Below are positions 41,774 to 50,752 of a stretch of DNA of 64,000 bases, one piece after another. The stretch covers positions 9,599-73,598 of the forward strand of contig DATLFN010000005.1 in assembly GCA_035540975.1 (NCBI GenBank), read 5' to 3'. Under the pieces are notes generated by a model that was given only the letters and a program-made list of their open reading frames with translations, ran no database searches and had not been told where the DNA came from. A program made the position numbers and the translations under genes. Positions within the stretch are counted from its first letter, which is position 1; each line of letters opens with the position of its first letter. Source of the DNA: Acidimicrobiales bacterium (lineage in GTDB: Bacteria; Actinomycetota; Acidimicrobiia; Acidimicrobiales; GCA-2861595).

Positions 41774-43400
41774 CGGCAGCCTCCGACGAGGTGCGCAGGT
41801 CGAGCAGGGGGTGCGCCGATCGGACCTCGGGCACGGCGTCGAAGCCCTGGGGCGGCGGCGGCGACGACGTGGCCCACTCCAGGGTGAGCCCGCCGTAGGG
41901 GTCGGCGTCGGTCCGGGCCGTGCGGCGGCCGGCCATGCCGCGGGCCACGTCGAGGACGAAGGCCAGCGCGCCCAGCAGCGTCACCACGCCGCCGACGGCG
42001 GCCAGCAGCCCGTACGTGGAGGAGCTGGACGAGAACTCGAAGTCCCGCACGTGGGCGGGCGCCCCGTCGTAACCGGCCAGGTAGCTGCCCAGGCCGAGCA
42101 GCAAGAAGCCGCCGAACAGCCCGAGGAACGCCACCCGGCCGAGGCCGGCCGACAGCTCCCGGCCGAACAGCTTGGGCGCCCAGTGGTAGACGGCGCCGGC
42201 CAGCAGGAGGGTGGGCGCGCCGAAGGCGACGGTGTGGAGGTGGCCCGTCGTCCACGCCGAGCCGTCCACCTTGGCGGCGGCGGCCACCAGCGCGTGGAGG
42301 GCGCCGACGGCGCTGAGGGCAACGAAGCCGAGGACGAACTGCATGCTCGTGTGCATCCGGGGCCGGCCCTTGGCCACCGTGCCCAGCCACACGAGGACGA
42401 GCACGGCCAGGGGCGCCGCCACCAGGGCGGTGAGCGGGGTGTAGGTGGGGAGGACGATGGCGTCGGCGACGTCGGTGCCGGCCGCCCACGACCCGAAGGC
42501 GAGGATGGTGAACAGGGCGATGTGGGCCCGGGCCGCGTCCAGGCCGAGCAGCGGGCGGCGGGCGTGGGTGGCGACGATGTCGCACGCCGCGCCGAGGCCG
42601 GGGACGAGCAGCAGGTAGACCTCGGGCCGACCGAACAGCCACAGCGTGTGCTGCCACACCGTCTGGCCGGCCACGTTGTCGGGGCCGAAGAAGTCGCCCC
42701 CCAGCCGTTGGTCGATGAAGAGCAGGAGCAGGCCGCCGAGGAACACCGGGGTGGCGACGATGGTGGCGACGCCGCTCGCCAGGGTGGCCCAGCTGAACAT
42801 GGGCAGGCGGCGCAGCGTGAGCCCCGGGGTGCGGAGCTTGAGGATGGTGGTGACCAGGCTCACCGAGGCGACGACCATGGCGATGGAGACGAGGGCCATC
42901 GACGTGATGGCCAGGGCGTTGGCCTTGGTGCCGCCGCCGCCGGGCATGGGGCGGGCATCGGCGATGCCCAGGCCCTCGGGCGGGCCGAGCAGGTAGGCGG
43001 CCACTAAGAGGGCGCCCCCGAACACGAACAGCCAGGCCGCGAAGGCGTGGAGCCGGGGCAGGACCAGGCGGCCGGCCCCGATCTGGAGGGGGACGACGTA
43101 GGTGGCGAGCCCGACGAAGGCAGGGCCGAGGAACAGCATCGACGAGACGGTGGCGTGCAGGGAGAAGAGCCGCCCGTAGTTGCCGCCGACGATCTGGACG
43201 CCCTCGTCGGCCAGCTCGCCCCGCAGCACCATGCCTACGGCTCCCCCGATGACGAGGAACACCAGGGCGCCGCCCAGGAAGACCAGGCCCAGCCGCTTGT
43301 GGTCGGCGGTCGCCGGGAGTGCCTCGGAGCCGGCCGGGCCGGGGGCGGTCGGCGGAGGCGGCGGCGCGACGTCGTCGGGCCGGGTCTCGGTGATGGTCAC
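41766..43400 (-). CDS. haem-copper oxidase subunit I-like protein lacking the CuB histidine ligands
   Basis: From GTG 43400 it aligns by eye to the ctaD in this window. LFSLHATV keeps the haem His and GHLHTV keeps both His. WLFGRPEVY has His replaced by Arg (codon 42627-42629). SWAAGTD replaces VWVHHMF (codons 42480-42485). Confidence 0.8.
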   Translation of the reverse strand: MTITETRPDDVAPPPPPTAPGPAGSEALPATADHKRLGLVFLGGALVFLVIGGAVGMVLRGELADEGVQIVGGNYGRLFSLHATVSSMLFLGPAFVGLATYVVPLQIGAGRLVLPRLHAFAAWLFVFGGALLVAAYLLGPPEGLGIADARPMPGGGGTKANALAITSMALVSIAMVVASVSLVTTILKLRTPGLTLRRLPMFSWATLASGVATIVATPVFLGGLLLLFIDQRLGGDFFGPDNVAGQTVWQHTLWLFGRPEVYLLLVPGLGAACDIVATHARRPLLGLDAARAHIALFTILAFGSWAAGTDVADAIVLPTYTPLTALVAAPLAVLVLVWLGTVAKGRPRMHTSMQFVLGFVALSAVGALHALVAAAAKVDGSAWTTGHLHTVAFGAPTLLLAGAVYHWAPKLFGRELSAGLGRVAFLGLFGGFLLLGLGSYLAGYDGAPAHVRDFEFSSSSSTYGLLAAVGGVVTLLGALAFVLDVARGMAGRRTARTDADPYGGLTLEWATSSPPPPQGFDAVPEVRSAHPLLDLRTSSEAAGG

Positions 43401-43407
43401 GGGCGGC

Positions 43408-44304
43408 TCAAAGGGATCGGAGGAGCTGGTCCAGGGCCATGGCGGAGAACAGCAGGGTGACGTAGGTGATCGACCAGCCGAACAGGCGCATGGCCCGCTT
43501 GGGGGTGGGGTCGCGGCGCAACTGGAAGGCGTGGCGCAGGAACACGCCACCGAGCACGGTGGCCGACCCCAGGTAGAGCAGGCCCATGTGGGCCACCGGC
43601 GAGAACATGAGGGAGGCGGCCACCAGGGCCACCGTGTAGAGCTCGATCTGCCGGCACACCTCCTCCATGGGGACGACCGCGGGCAGCATGGGGACCTCGG
43701 CCGCCGCGTAGTCTTCGCGGTAGCGGATGGCCAGGGCCCAGAAGTGGGGCGGCGTCCAGACGAAGATGATGGCGAAGAGCACGAACGGGGCCAGCCCCAG
43801 GGTGCCGGTGACGGCCGACCACCCGACCAGCACGGGCACGGCGCCCGCCGCCCCGCCGACGACGATGTTGCTGGTGGACGTGCGCTTCAGCCACATCGTG
43901 TAGACGAAGACGTAGAAGAGGGTGGCGCTGACGGCGAGGACGGCGCTCAGGAGGTTGACCGCGCCCCAGAGGAGGGCGAAGGCGGCCACCTCGAGCACCA
44001 CGGCGAAGGCCAGGGCGTGGGACGGCTCGATCTCGCCGGTGACCAGGGGCCGGTGCTGCGTGCGCTTCATGATGCGGTCGATGTCCCGGTCGACGTACAT
44101 GTTGATGGCGTTGGCCCCGCCCGCCGCCAGCGTCCCTCCGACGAGGGTGACGAGGACGAGCCAGGCGGGCGGGAGGCCGCGGGCGGCCACGACCATGGTG
44201 GGCACGGTGGTGACCAGCAGGAGCTCGATGATCCGAGGCTTCGTCAGCGCCACATACGCGGACACCCGGGTACGCGGCCGGATGGAGGCGGTGGTCACGG
44301 CCAT
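43408..44304 (-). CDS. ctaB: protohaem IX farnesyltransferase (haem O synthase)
   Basis: From ATG 44304: [14 protein letters not shown]...[20 protein letters not shown]...[12 protein letters not shown]. Confidence 0.93.
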   Translation of the reverse strand: MAVTTASIRPRTRVSAYVALTKPRIIELLLVTTVPTMVVAARGLPPAWLVLVTLVGGTLAAGGANAINMYVDRDIDRIMKRTQHRPLVTGEIEPSHALAFAVVLEVAAFALLWGAVNLLSAVLAVSATLFYVFVYTMWLKRTSTSNIVVGGAAGAVPVLVGWSAVTGTLGLAPFVLFAIIFVWTPPHFWALAIRYREDYAAAEVPMLPAVVPMEEVCRQIELYTVALVAASLMFSPVAHMGLLYLGSATVLGGVFLRHAFQLRRDPTPKRAMRLFGWSITYVTLLFSAMALDQLLRSL

Positions 44305-44391
44305 GTCGGGTGGCACATTACGGGGACGCCCGCCGGGACGACAAAAGCAGGCGTTTGGCCCTCGGAAACCACGGCTCCCTACCATCGTTCG

Positions 44392-45330
44392 ATGGCCCGC
44401 CGCACGCTGTCACCCTCCGCCTACCGGCGGGTCACCCTGGTCGCCCTCCTCGCCCTCGCCTTCATCATCGTCACCGGGGGCGCCGTGCGGCTCACGGGGT
44501 CGGGGCTGGGCTGCCCGGACTGGCCGACCTGCGACGGCGGCCGCATCGTGGCGCCCCTGGAGACCCACGCCATGGTGGAGTTCGTCAACCGGACGGTGAC
44601 CGGCCTCGTCTCGGTGGCGGTGATCGTGGCCGTCCTGGCGTCGCTCCGGCGCTCGCCCCGCCGCAGGGACCTGGTGCGGCTCTCGCTCGGCCTCGTCGCC
44701 GGGGTCGTCGGCCAGATCGTGCTCGGGGGCCTCACCGTGCTGTTCGACCTGGCCCCGCCCCTGGTGATGGCCCACTTCCTGCTCTCCATCGCCATCCTGG
44801 CCGACGCCCTGGTCCTCCACTGGCGGGCGGGGCAGCCCGACGGCGTCCCCCGGCGGCCGCTGGTCGGGCCCGAGCTGCGCACCCTGGGCCGGGTGGTGAC
44901 GGCGGCGACCGCCCTGGTGATCCTCCTGGGGACGGTCGTCACCGCCGCCGGCCCCCACGCCGGCGACAAGGACGTGCCCCGCCTCGGCGTGTCCGTGCAC
45001 CGCGCCGCCCAGCTCCACGGGTTCGCCGTCGTCCTCCTGCTGGCGCTGGTCGTCACGGCCGCCCTCATGCTCCGCCGGGCGGGCGCACCGCGGGCCGTGC
45101 GGCGCAGGGTCGAGGTGCTGCTCGCCGTGCTGGTGGCCCAGGGGGCGGTCGGCTACGTCCAGTACTTCACCGGCGTGCCGGTCCTGCTCGTCGGCATCCA
45201 CATCGCCGGCGCGGTGGCCGTGTGGTCGGCGGCCGTCCGCTTCCAGCTGGGCCTGTCCGGGCCCGAGGCGGCCCCCCGCCGGCCCGGGGGCGCCACGTCC
45301 GAAGGACGCCACGCCTACGCCGGCGCGTAG
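44392..45330 (+). CDS. ctaA: haem A synthase (COX15/CtaA)
   Basis: From ATG 44392: [15 protein letters not shown]...H-containing helices ([21 protein letters not shown]). It is divergent from ctaB. Confidence 0.88.
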   Translation: MARRTLSPSAYRRVTLVALLALAFIIVTGGAVRLTGSGLGCPDWPTCDGGRIVAPLETHAMVEFVNRTVTGLVSVAVIVAVLASLRRSPRRRDLVRLSLGLVAGVVGQIVLGGLTVLFDLAPPLVMAHFLLSIAILADALVLHWRAGQPDGVPRRPLVGPELRTLGRVVTAATALVILLGTVVTAAGPHAGDKDVPRLGVSVHRAAQLHGFAVVLLLALVVTAALMLRRAGAPRAVRRRVEVLLAVLVAQGAVGYVQYFTGVPVLLVGIHIAGAVAVWSAAVRFQLGLSGPEAAPRRPGGATSEGRHAYAGA

Positions 45331-45360
45331 ACGGGCCCGATCCGCGGGAGAATCCCGGCG

Positions 45361-45651
45361 ATGACCCTCGCCCCCGCCGAAGTCGAGCAACCGACCTCGG
45401 ACGACGTCGCCGAGCCCGACCGTCCGTGGGTCGTCATCGTCTGGAACGACCCGATCAACCTCATGTCCTACGTCACCTTCGTGTTCCAGAAGCTGTTCGG
45501 GTACTCCCACGAGAAGGCCACCAGGCTGATGCTGGACGTGCACCAGAAGGGCAGGGCGGTGGTGTCCAGCGGGCCCCGCGAGCGGGCCGAGCTGGATGTG
45601 TTCCGCCTCCACGAGCACGGCCTGTGGGCGACCATGGAGCACGACCGGTGA
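45361..45651 (+). CDS. clpS: ATP-dependent Clp protease adaptor ClpS
   Basis: [46 protein letters not shown]. Confidence 0.93.
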   Translation: MTLAPAEVEQPTSDDVAEPDRPWVVIVWNDPINLMSYVTFVFQKLFGYSHEKATRLMLDVHQKGRAVVSSGPRERAELDVFRLHEHGLWATMEHDR

Positions 45652-45667
45652 GATCGGCCCGCTGACG

Positions 45668-46168
45668 TTGTTGTTCGGACGGGCCGTCAAGCGGCTCCCC
45701 GACGGGGAGCTCCGGCTCAGGCTGAGCGCCCGCGAGCGCGACGTCCTCCGATCGCTGCCCGCCCAGCTGCGGGCGCTGCTGGAGGCGGCACCGGACGACC
45801 CGACGGTCCGTCGCCTGGCGCCTCCCGCCTACCGGGACGACGCCGAGCACGAGGCCGAGTACCGCCGGCTCATGGGCGACGACCTGTCGGAGCGACGCCT
45901 GGCCGCCCTCGCCGTGCTGGAGGAGACGGCCGGGGCGGAGCGGCTGAGCGAGGAGCAGGCCCAGGGGTGGGTGGCGGCGCTCAACAGCCTGCGCCTGGTG
46001 CTCGGGACGCAGCTGGACGTCAGCGAGGAGATGGAGGACGTGCCCACCGACCCCGACGACCCCCGCGCCCCCGCGTTCGCCCTCTACGGGTACCTCAGCG
46101 GGCTGCTGTCGGAGTTGGTCGAAGCGCTGTCGGAGGGCCTCCCCGAGGTCGTGGACGACGACTCCTGA
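45668..46168 (+). CDS. DUF2017-like protein (conserved clpS neighbour)
   Basis: An acidic helical protein sits immediately after clpS, as in many actinobacteria. The start is uncertain: TTG 45668/45671, or ATG 45596 overlapping clpS. Confidence 0.55.
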   Translation: MLFGRAVKRLPDGELRLRLSARERDVLRSLPAQLRALLEAAPDDPTVRRLAPPAYRDDAEHEAEYRRLMGDDLSERRLAALAVLEETAGAERLSEEQAQGWVAALNSLRLVLGTQLDVSEEMEDVPTDPDDPRAPAFALYGYLSGLLSELVEALSEGLPEVVDDDS

Positions 46169-46175
46169 AGGACGA

Positions 46176-47033
46176 TCACCCGGCGGTGGTCGCGGTGGTC
46201 GGGTACCACATGGCGCCGGCCGTACCCGGGCCGGTGTGGACGCCGACGCTGGGGCCGACGCGGTAGCGCACCAGGTCGACGACCTGGTGCGCCCCGTCCA
46301 GTCGAGACTCCAGGGCCTGGCGGACGGGCGCGCCGGCGGCGTCGGCCACGCTGATGCCGACCCGGAGGCGGTCGCCGCTCCCGAGGACGACGGCCGCCAT
46401 GGCGTCAGCCGCCTCGTCCACCGACCGCACCCGGGCCACCGGCTGATAGGACCCCCCGGCGAGGGAGACGACGGGGAAGGCCTCGGCCTCCTGCGCCCCC
46501 TCGGCGGCCGCCGCGCTCATCCGCCCGCCCCGGCGGACCAGCTCGACGGCCTGGACGACGAACACGTTGCCCGTGCGGGCGGCCACCGCCTCGGCCACGG
46601 CCGCCGCGTCGTCCAGCCCAGCCCCGGCGGCGATCGCCTCGGCCGCCTCCCAGAGGCAGCAGGCGATGCCGAACGACGCGGTGCCGGTGTCGACCAGGCG
46701 GACGGGGACGGGCGACGCGGCGGCGGCCAGCCGGGCCGCGTTGAGTGTGGCCGAGATAGCCGAGCCGATGTGGACGGAGAGGATCTCGTCGGCGCCGGCG
46801 TCGGCCAGCGCCCGGTAGGCGGCGGCGAAGCGCCCGGGCGACGGGGCCGCCGTGGCGACGGTGGGCGTGGCGCCGCCGGCGAAGCGGGCGTAGAACCCGT
46901 CGGCGTCCAGGTCGACGCCCTCCAGGTGGTCCACGCCGTCGACGGTCACGGTGAGGGGGACCACCTCGACGCCGTACCGGCGGGCCAGATCGGGCGGGAC
47001 CTGGGCGTTGGAGTCGGTGCAGAGGCCGATCAT
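46176..47033 (-). CDS. DegV-family fatty-acid-binding protein
   Basis: From ATG 47033: MIGLCTDSNAQVP...TAAPSPGRF...ILSVHIGSAISATLNAA...VDTGTASFG. Confidence 0.85.
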   Translation of the reverse strand: MIGLCTDSNAQVPPDLARRYGVEVVPLTVTVDGVDHLEGVDLDADGFYARFAGGATPTVATAAPSPGRFAAAYRALADAGADEILSVHIGSAISATLNAARLAAAASPVPVRLVDTGTASFGIACCLWEAAEAIAAGAGLDDAAAVAEAVAARTGNVFVVQAVELVRRGGRMSAAAAEGAQEAEAFPVVSLAGGSYQPVARVRSVDEAADAMAAVVLGSGDRLRVGISVADAAGAPVRQALESRLDGAHQVVDLVRYRVGPSVGVHTGPGTAGAMWYPTTATTAG

Positions 47034-47695
47034 GCCGCCGCCTCGGCGGCGCGGGCCCGGCGCACGGCGGCGGCGAACCGGGACAGGATGACGGCGCTGG
47101 AGGCGGCGGCGGCCAGCGGGAGGCCGGCGGTGGCCCGGGGCGCCCACCCGTTGGGCCACCCCCGCCGCCACCACAGGGTGGCAGCCGCCACCCAGGCGCC
47201 GGAGGCGACACCGGTGGCGATCAGCGTGCGGGTGCCCACCTTGCGCGACCACTGGGGCGTGGCCGTCAGCCACGCCAGTCCCACGTCGAAGGGGACGTAG
47301 ACGGGGAAGGTGGCGACGCACTGGCCCACGCTGGCGGCCACGCCCTTGCCACCCCGGAACCCGTTCCAGACGGGGAAGCAGTGGCCGACCACGGCCGCCG
47401 TCCCCGCCACGTGGGCGCCCGCCTCGCCCCCCAGCCGGCGGCCGACGACGCACGCGGCGGCGCCCTTGGCGATGTCGACGGCCATCACGCCGTAGCCCCA
47501 CCCCTTCCCGAGGACGACCAGGGCGTTGGCGCCGCCCGGGTTGCCGGTGCCCGCCGTGCGCAGGTCGGCGGCGCCCTTCGACGCCAGCCGGGCGGCGGCG
47601 TCGGCCGCCGGGGCGGTGCCCAGCAGGTACCCGGACGCGGCCGCCGCCAGGAGCCCGGCGGCCCCCCGGGGAGGCGTGGCGCGGGCCGTCGGCAT
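47030..47695 (-). CDS. plsY: glycerol-3-phosphate acyltransferase PlsY
   Basis: GTGNPGGANA...DIAKGAAA...FRGGKGVA motifs are present. The stop overlaps the DegV gene start. Confidence 0.85.
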   Translation of the reverse strand: MPTARATPPRGAAGLLAAAASGYLLGTAPAADAAARLASKGAADLRTAGTGNPGGANALVVLGKGWGYGVMAVDIAKGAAACVVGRRLGGEAGAHVAGTAAVVGHCFPVWNGFRGGKGVAASVGQCVATFPVYVPFDVGLAWLTATPQWSRKVGTRTLIATGVASGAWVAAATLWWRRGWPNGWAPRATAGLPLAAAASSAVILSRFAAAVRRARAAEAAA

Positions 47696-47814
47696 CGCCG
47701 CCGACCCTACCGAAGCCGGCGCAGCGTTCTCGCACCGGGTGCGGGCCGATCACCGGGCCCGCGACGAGCCGGCGACGGGCCGGGGCGGGCCGGGCGACGC
47801 TACGGTCGCCCGTC

Positions 47815-49086
47815 GTGGAGGTGCCCCGGCTGCTGGCGGTGATGGGCTCGGGCGAGACCAGTCCCACCATGGTGAAGACCCACCGCGAGCTGTTGGCGCG
47901 CCTGGGGCCGCCGCCCGCGCCCGCCGTCGTCCTCGACACCCCCTACGGCTTCCAGTCCAACGCCGCCGACCTGGCGGCACGAGCGGTCGAGTACTTCCGG
48001 GAGAGCGTCGGCCAGACCGTGGAGGTGGCGCACTTCGGGGCGGCCGGCGGGGACCCGCTGGAGTACGAGACGATGCTCGCCCAGGTGCGGGCGGCCCGCT
48101 ACGTGTTCTCGGGCCCCGGCAGCCCGTCATACGCGCTGCGCCAGTGGCGGGACACCCTGGTGCCGGGGTTGCTGGCCGAGAAGCTGCGGACGGGCGGCTG
48201 CCTCACGTTCGCCAGCGCCGCGGCCCTGACGCTCGGTGTGGCCACCGTCCCCGTCTACGAGATCTACAAGGCGGGCGAGGAGCCGCGCTGGCTGGAGGGG
48301 CTCGACGTGCTGGCCGAGGCCGGGCTGCGGGCGGCCGTCGTGCCCCATTACAACAACGCCGAGGGGGGGACCCACGACACCCGGTTCTGCTATCTCGGCG
48401 AGGAGCGGCTGGCCCGCATGGAGGCGATGCTCCCCGAGGGCGCCTTCGTCCTCGGGGTCGACGAGCACACCGCCCTCGTGCTCGACCTCGACGCGGGGAC
48501 GGCGAGCGTCCACGGGCTCGGGGCGGTGACCGTCCGCCGGGCCGGCGAGTCCACCGAGATCCCGGCCGGCGAGTCGGTGCCGGTCTCCGAGCTGGCCCGC
48601 CTGGCCGGCACCGCCGCCGGCCGCCCGAGGGACCGCCGAGGGTCGGCGGGTGCCCGCTCGGTGACGGCGGAGCCCGTCCCCCGGGCCGCGCCGGGGTCGC
48701 CGCTGCTCGAGCGGGTCGCCACCGTCGAGGCCGCCTTCGACGCCGCGCTGGACGCCCGGGACGTGGACGGCGCCGTGCGGGCCGTCCTCGATCTCGAGGA
48801 GGAGCTCACCTCGTGGTCGCGCGACACCCTCCAGTCCGACGAGCTGGACCGGGGCCGGGGGGCGCTCCGCTCGATGGTGGTCCGCCTCGGCTCGGCGGCG
48901 GAGGCCGGCGCAGCCGATCCCGCCGAGGTCGTGGGGCCGTTCGTCGACGCCCTGCTCGGCCAGCGCGACGCGGCCCGGGCATCGAAGCGGTGGGGCGACG
49001 CCGACACCGTCCGCGACCGCCTGGCCGAGCTCGGCGTGGAGGTCCGGGACACTCCGGAGGGGACGACCTGGCGGCTATCCTCCTGA
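47815..49086 (+). CDS. two-domain protein: peptidase-E/cyanophycinase-like (class-I amidotransferase fold) N-domain plus CysRS-C-terminal-like helical domain
   Basis: N-part: LLAVMGSGETSPTM...FSGPGSPSY. C-terminus: QRDAARASKRWGDADTVRDRLAELGVEVRDTPEGTTWRL closely resembles the extreme C-terminus of CysRS/MshC. The match is at pattern level. Confidence 0.5.
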   Translation: MEVPRLLAVMGSGETSPTMVKTHRELLARLGPPPAPAVVLDTPYGFQSNAADLAARAVEYFRESVGQTVEVAHFGAAGGDPLEYETMLAQVRAARYVFSGPGSPSYALRQWRDTLVPGLLAEKLRTGGCLTFASAAALTLGVATVPVYEIYKAGEEPRWLEGLDVLAEAGLRAAVVPHYNNAEGGTHDTRFCYLGEERLARMEAMLPEGAFVLGVDEHTALVLDLDAGTASVHGLGAVTVRRAGESTEIPAGESVPVSELARLAGTAAGRPRDRRGSAGARSVTAEPVPRAAPGSPLLERVATVEAAFDAALDARDVDGAVRAVLDLEEELTSWSRDTLQSDELDRGRGALRSMVVRLGSAAEAGAADPAEVVGPFVDALLGQRDAARASKRWGDADTVRDRLAELGVEVRDTPEGTTWRLSS

Positions 49087-49103
49087 CCAGCCCCCTCGGC
49101 CCG

Positions 49104-49176
49104 GCCCCCATCGTCTAGAGGCCTAGGACACCACCCTTTCAAGGTGGCGACACGGGTTCGAATCCCGTTGGGGGTG
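49104..49176 (+). tRNA. tRNA-Glu(TTC): tRNA-Glu (anticodon TTC)
   Basis: GCCCCCATCGTCTAGAGGCCTAGGACACCACCCTTTCAAGGTGGCGACACGGGTTCGAATCCCGTTGGGGGTG folds as a cloverleaf by hand. The anticodon loop is CTTTCAA and the T-loop TTCGAAT. Confidence 0.93.
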
Positions 49177-49238
49177 CTAAGGAAATCCGCAGGTCAACGG
49201 GCATTTCTCAGCGAGAGATCGCATCGAGGGCAGCGGTC

Positions 49239-49284
49239 TTGCTACTGAAATTGCTACTGAAATTGCTACTGAATTGCTACTGGA
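49239..49284. repeat. four tandem copies of TTGCTACTGAA(A)
   Basis: Read directly: ttgctactgaaa ttgctactgaaa ttgctactgaa ttgctactgga, starting 63 nt after the tRNA-Glu. Confidence 0.9.
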
Positions 49285-49539
49285 TCCGCCGCTGACGCCG
49301 TACACGTGAGGGCCGTGCGAGGCCACATGAGGGAACGCAGCAAGGGGATGGAGTCACGGGTCTGCGAGGCGCTCCGGGGCGACCGCCCCCGGGGCGCTAC
49401 CGACCCGTCTCCTCGGCGACAAGCGCCAGCCTCTGTGTGCGCCCCGGACCCCTACGTCTGCGCTTCGAGTCTCCTCGGCCGAAACTCGGGACTTAAAGTT
49501 CTTTACTTTGAGAAGTGCCATCTTTAAGGTTACTCCTTG

Positions 49540-50730
49540 ATGACTGCTCCTTCGGGCCGCAACCCGTTCCGGCCGGGGGTCGGCACGCGGCCTGCGTACC
49601 TGGCAGGACGTGAAGGCCCCACTCGTCGCTTCGCTGCAACCCTCCGAGCTGCTCCCGAGCAGCCGGGGAACATGCGGCTCACAGGCCTGCGTGGCGTTGG
49701 CAAGACGGTGCTGCTCGGGGAGTTCGCCAAGGTCGCCGAGCGAGAGCTGTGGACCGCTGCGAGTCTCGAGTTGAATCCCCGCCACAACACGGACGACTCG
49801 ATGGTGCAGGCGCTTGTGTCCCTCACCGAAAGGACTCGAGCGGCACTTTCGCGGGTCAAACGATTGAAGTCAGCGATGGGCCGGGCCGCCCGAACAGCAG
49901 GGACCTTAGGGGTCACCTACAACGACATCAGACTTTCCTTCGACCAAACGATGGATCCAGGCTCTGAAGACCTAGCGGCCCACCTGTTTGACGCGGTCGA
50001 AGTTGCAGTCGAGCAGGGCTATGTCGGCCTCATACTTCTGCTCGATGAAGCGCAGGTAATCCGAGACGAGCGGGCTCGCTCTGGCGAGCACCCACTCTCG
50101 CTTCTCATCTCGGCCATTTCCGCGCTTCAAAGAGAGGAGATCCCGCTGGGGCTGGTGGTGTGTGGTCTGCCTACCTTGACTGGCAACCTCCTTCACGCGC
50201 GCTCGTACACCGAGCGAATGTTTCGCGGGGAGGAGATCGGGCGGTTGGAGTCAGTAGAGGCCACCGCCGCCTTTACCGAACCCTTACGTGACACCGGCAT
50301 CAGCGCCGACCCTGAGTTGGTCCGGCAAGTGGTGGAGGAGGTCGAGGGTTACCCCTACTTCATTCAGCTCTGGGGGGCTGAGCTGTGGGACGCCGCCGTC
50401 GCAGCTGACGTGGATAAGTTGGATCTCCGTTTGTTGGAGGCCACGACGCCAGATATCTACCGCCGGCTCGATATTGACTTCTATGAGCCACGGGTCTCCA
50501 CGCTAACACCCGCCGAGCAGGATGTGTTGCTGGCAAGCGCGTTGTGTCCATACCCACCGCTTATGACGGTTGATATGAACTCGAACGTCAACAAGCGTCC
50601 GGGCAACATCAACGTTCTGCTCGGCCGTCTCGTTGAAGCTGGTGTATTATACCGGACACGGAAGGGCCAATATGAGTACACGGCCCCAAAGTTTCGGGAG
50701 TACCTGACACGACGCCTTCAGACGGCATGA
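49540..50730 (+). CDS. AAA ATPase with C-terminal winged-helix (Orc1/Cdc6-like, 'archaeal ATPase' type)
   Basis: NPFRPGVGTRPAYLAGRE..., Walker A GLRGVGKT and Walker B LILLLDEAQ. The C-terminus LTPAEQDVLL...LLGRLVEAGVLYRTRKGQYEYTAPKFREYL looks like a wHTH. TTG 49537 is an alternative start. Confidence 0.7.
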   Translation: MTAPSGRNPFRPGVGTRPAYLAGREGPTRRFAATLRAAPEQPGNMRLTGLRGVGKTVLLGEFAKVAERELWTAASLELNPRHNTDDSMVQALVSLTERTRAALSRVKRLKSAMGRAARTAGTLGVTYNDIRLSFDQTMDPGSEDLAAHLFDAVEVAVEQGYVGLILLLDEAQVIRDERARSGEHPLSLLISAISALQREEIPLGLVVCGLPTLTGNLLHARSYTERMFRGEEIGRLESVEATAAFTEPLRDTGISADPELVRQVVEEVEGYPYFIQLWGAELWDAAVAADVDKLDLRLLEATTPDIYRRLDIDFYEPRVSTLTPAEQDVLLASALCPYPPLMTVDMNSNVNKRPGNINVLLGRLVEAGVLYRTRKGQYEYTAPKFREYLTRRLQTA

Positions 50731-50752
50731 CATCCGGTCGATCATCCGCGAC

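Noticed and set aside
49239-49284. The tandem repeats might be a CRISPR array.
   Set aside because: The units are 11-12 nt, directly abutting with no spacers, and no cas genes are present. No CRISPR-like array was seen anywhere in the window.
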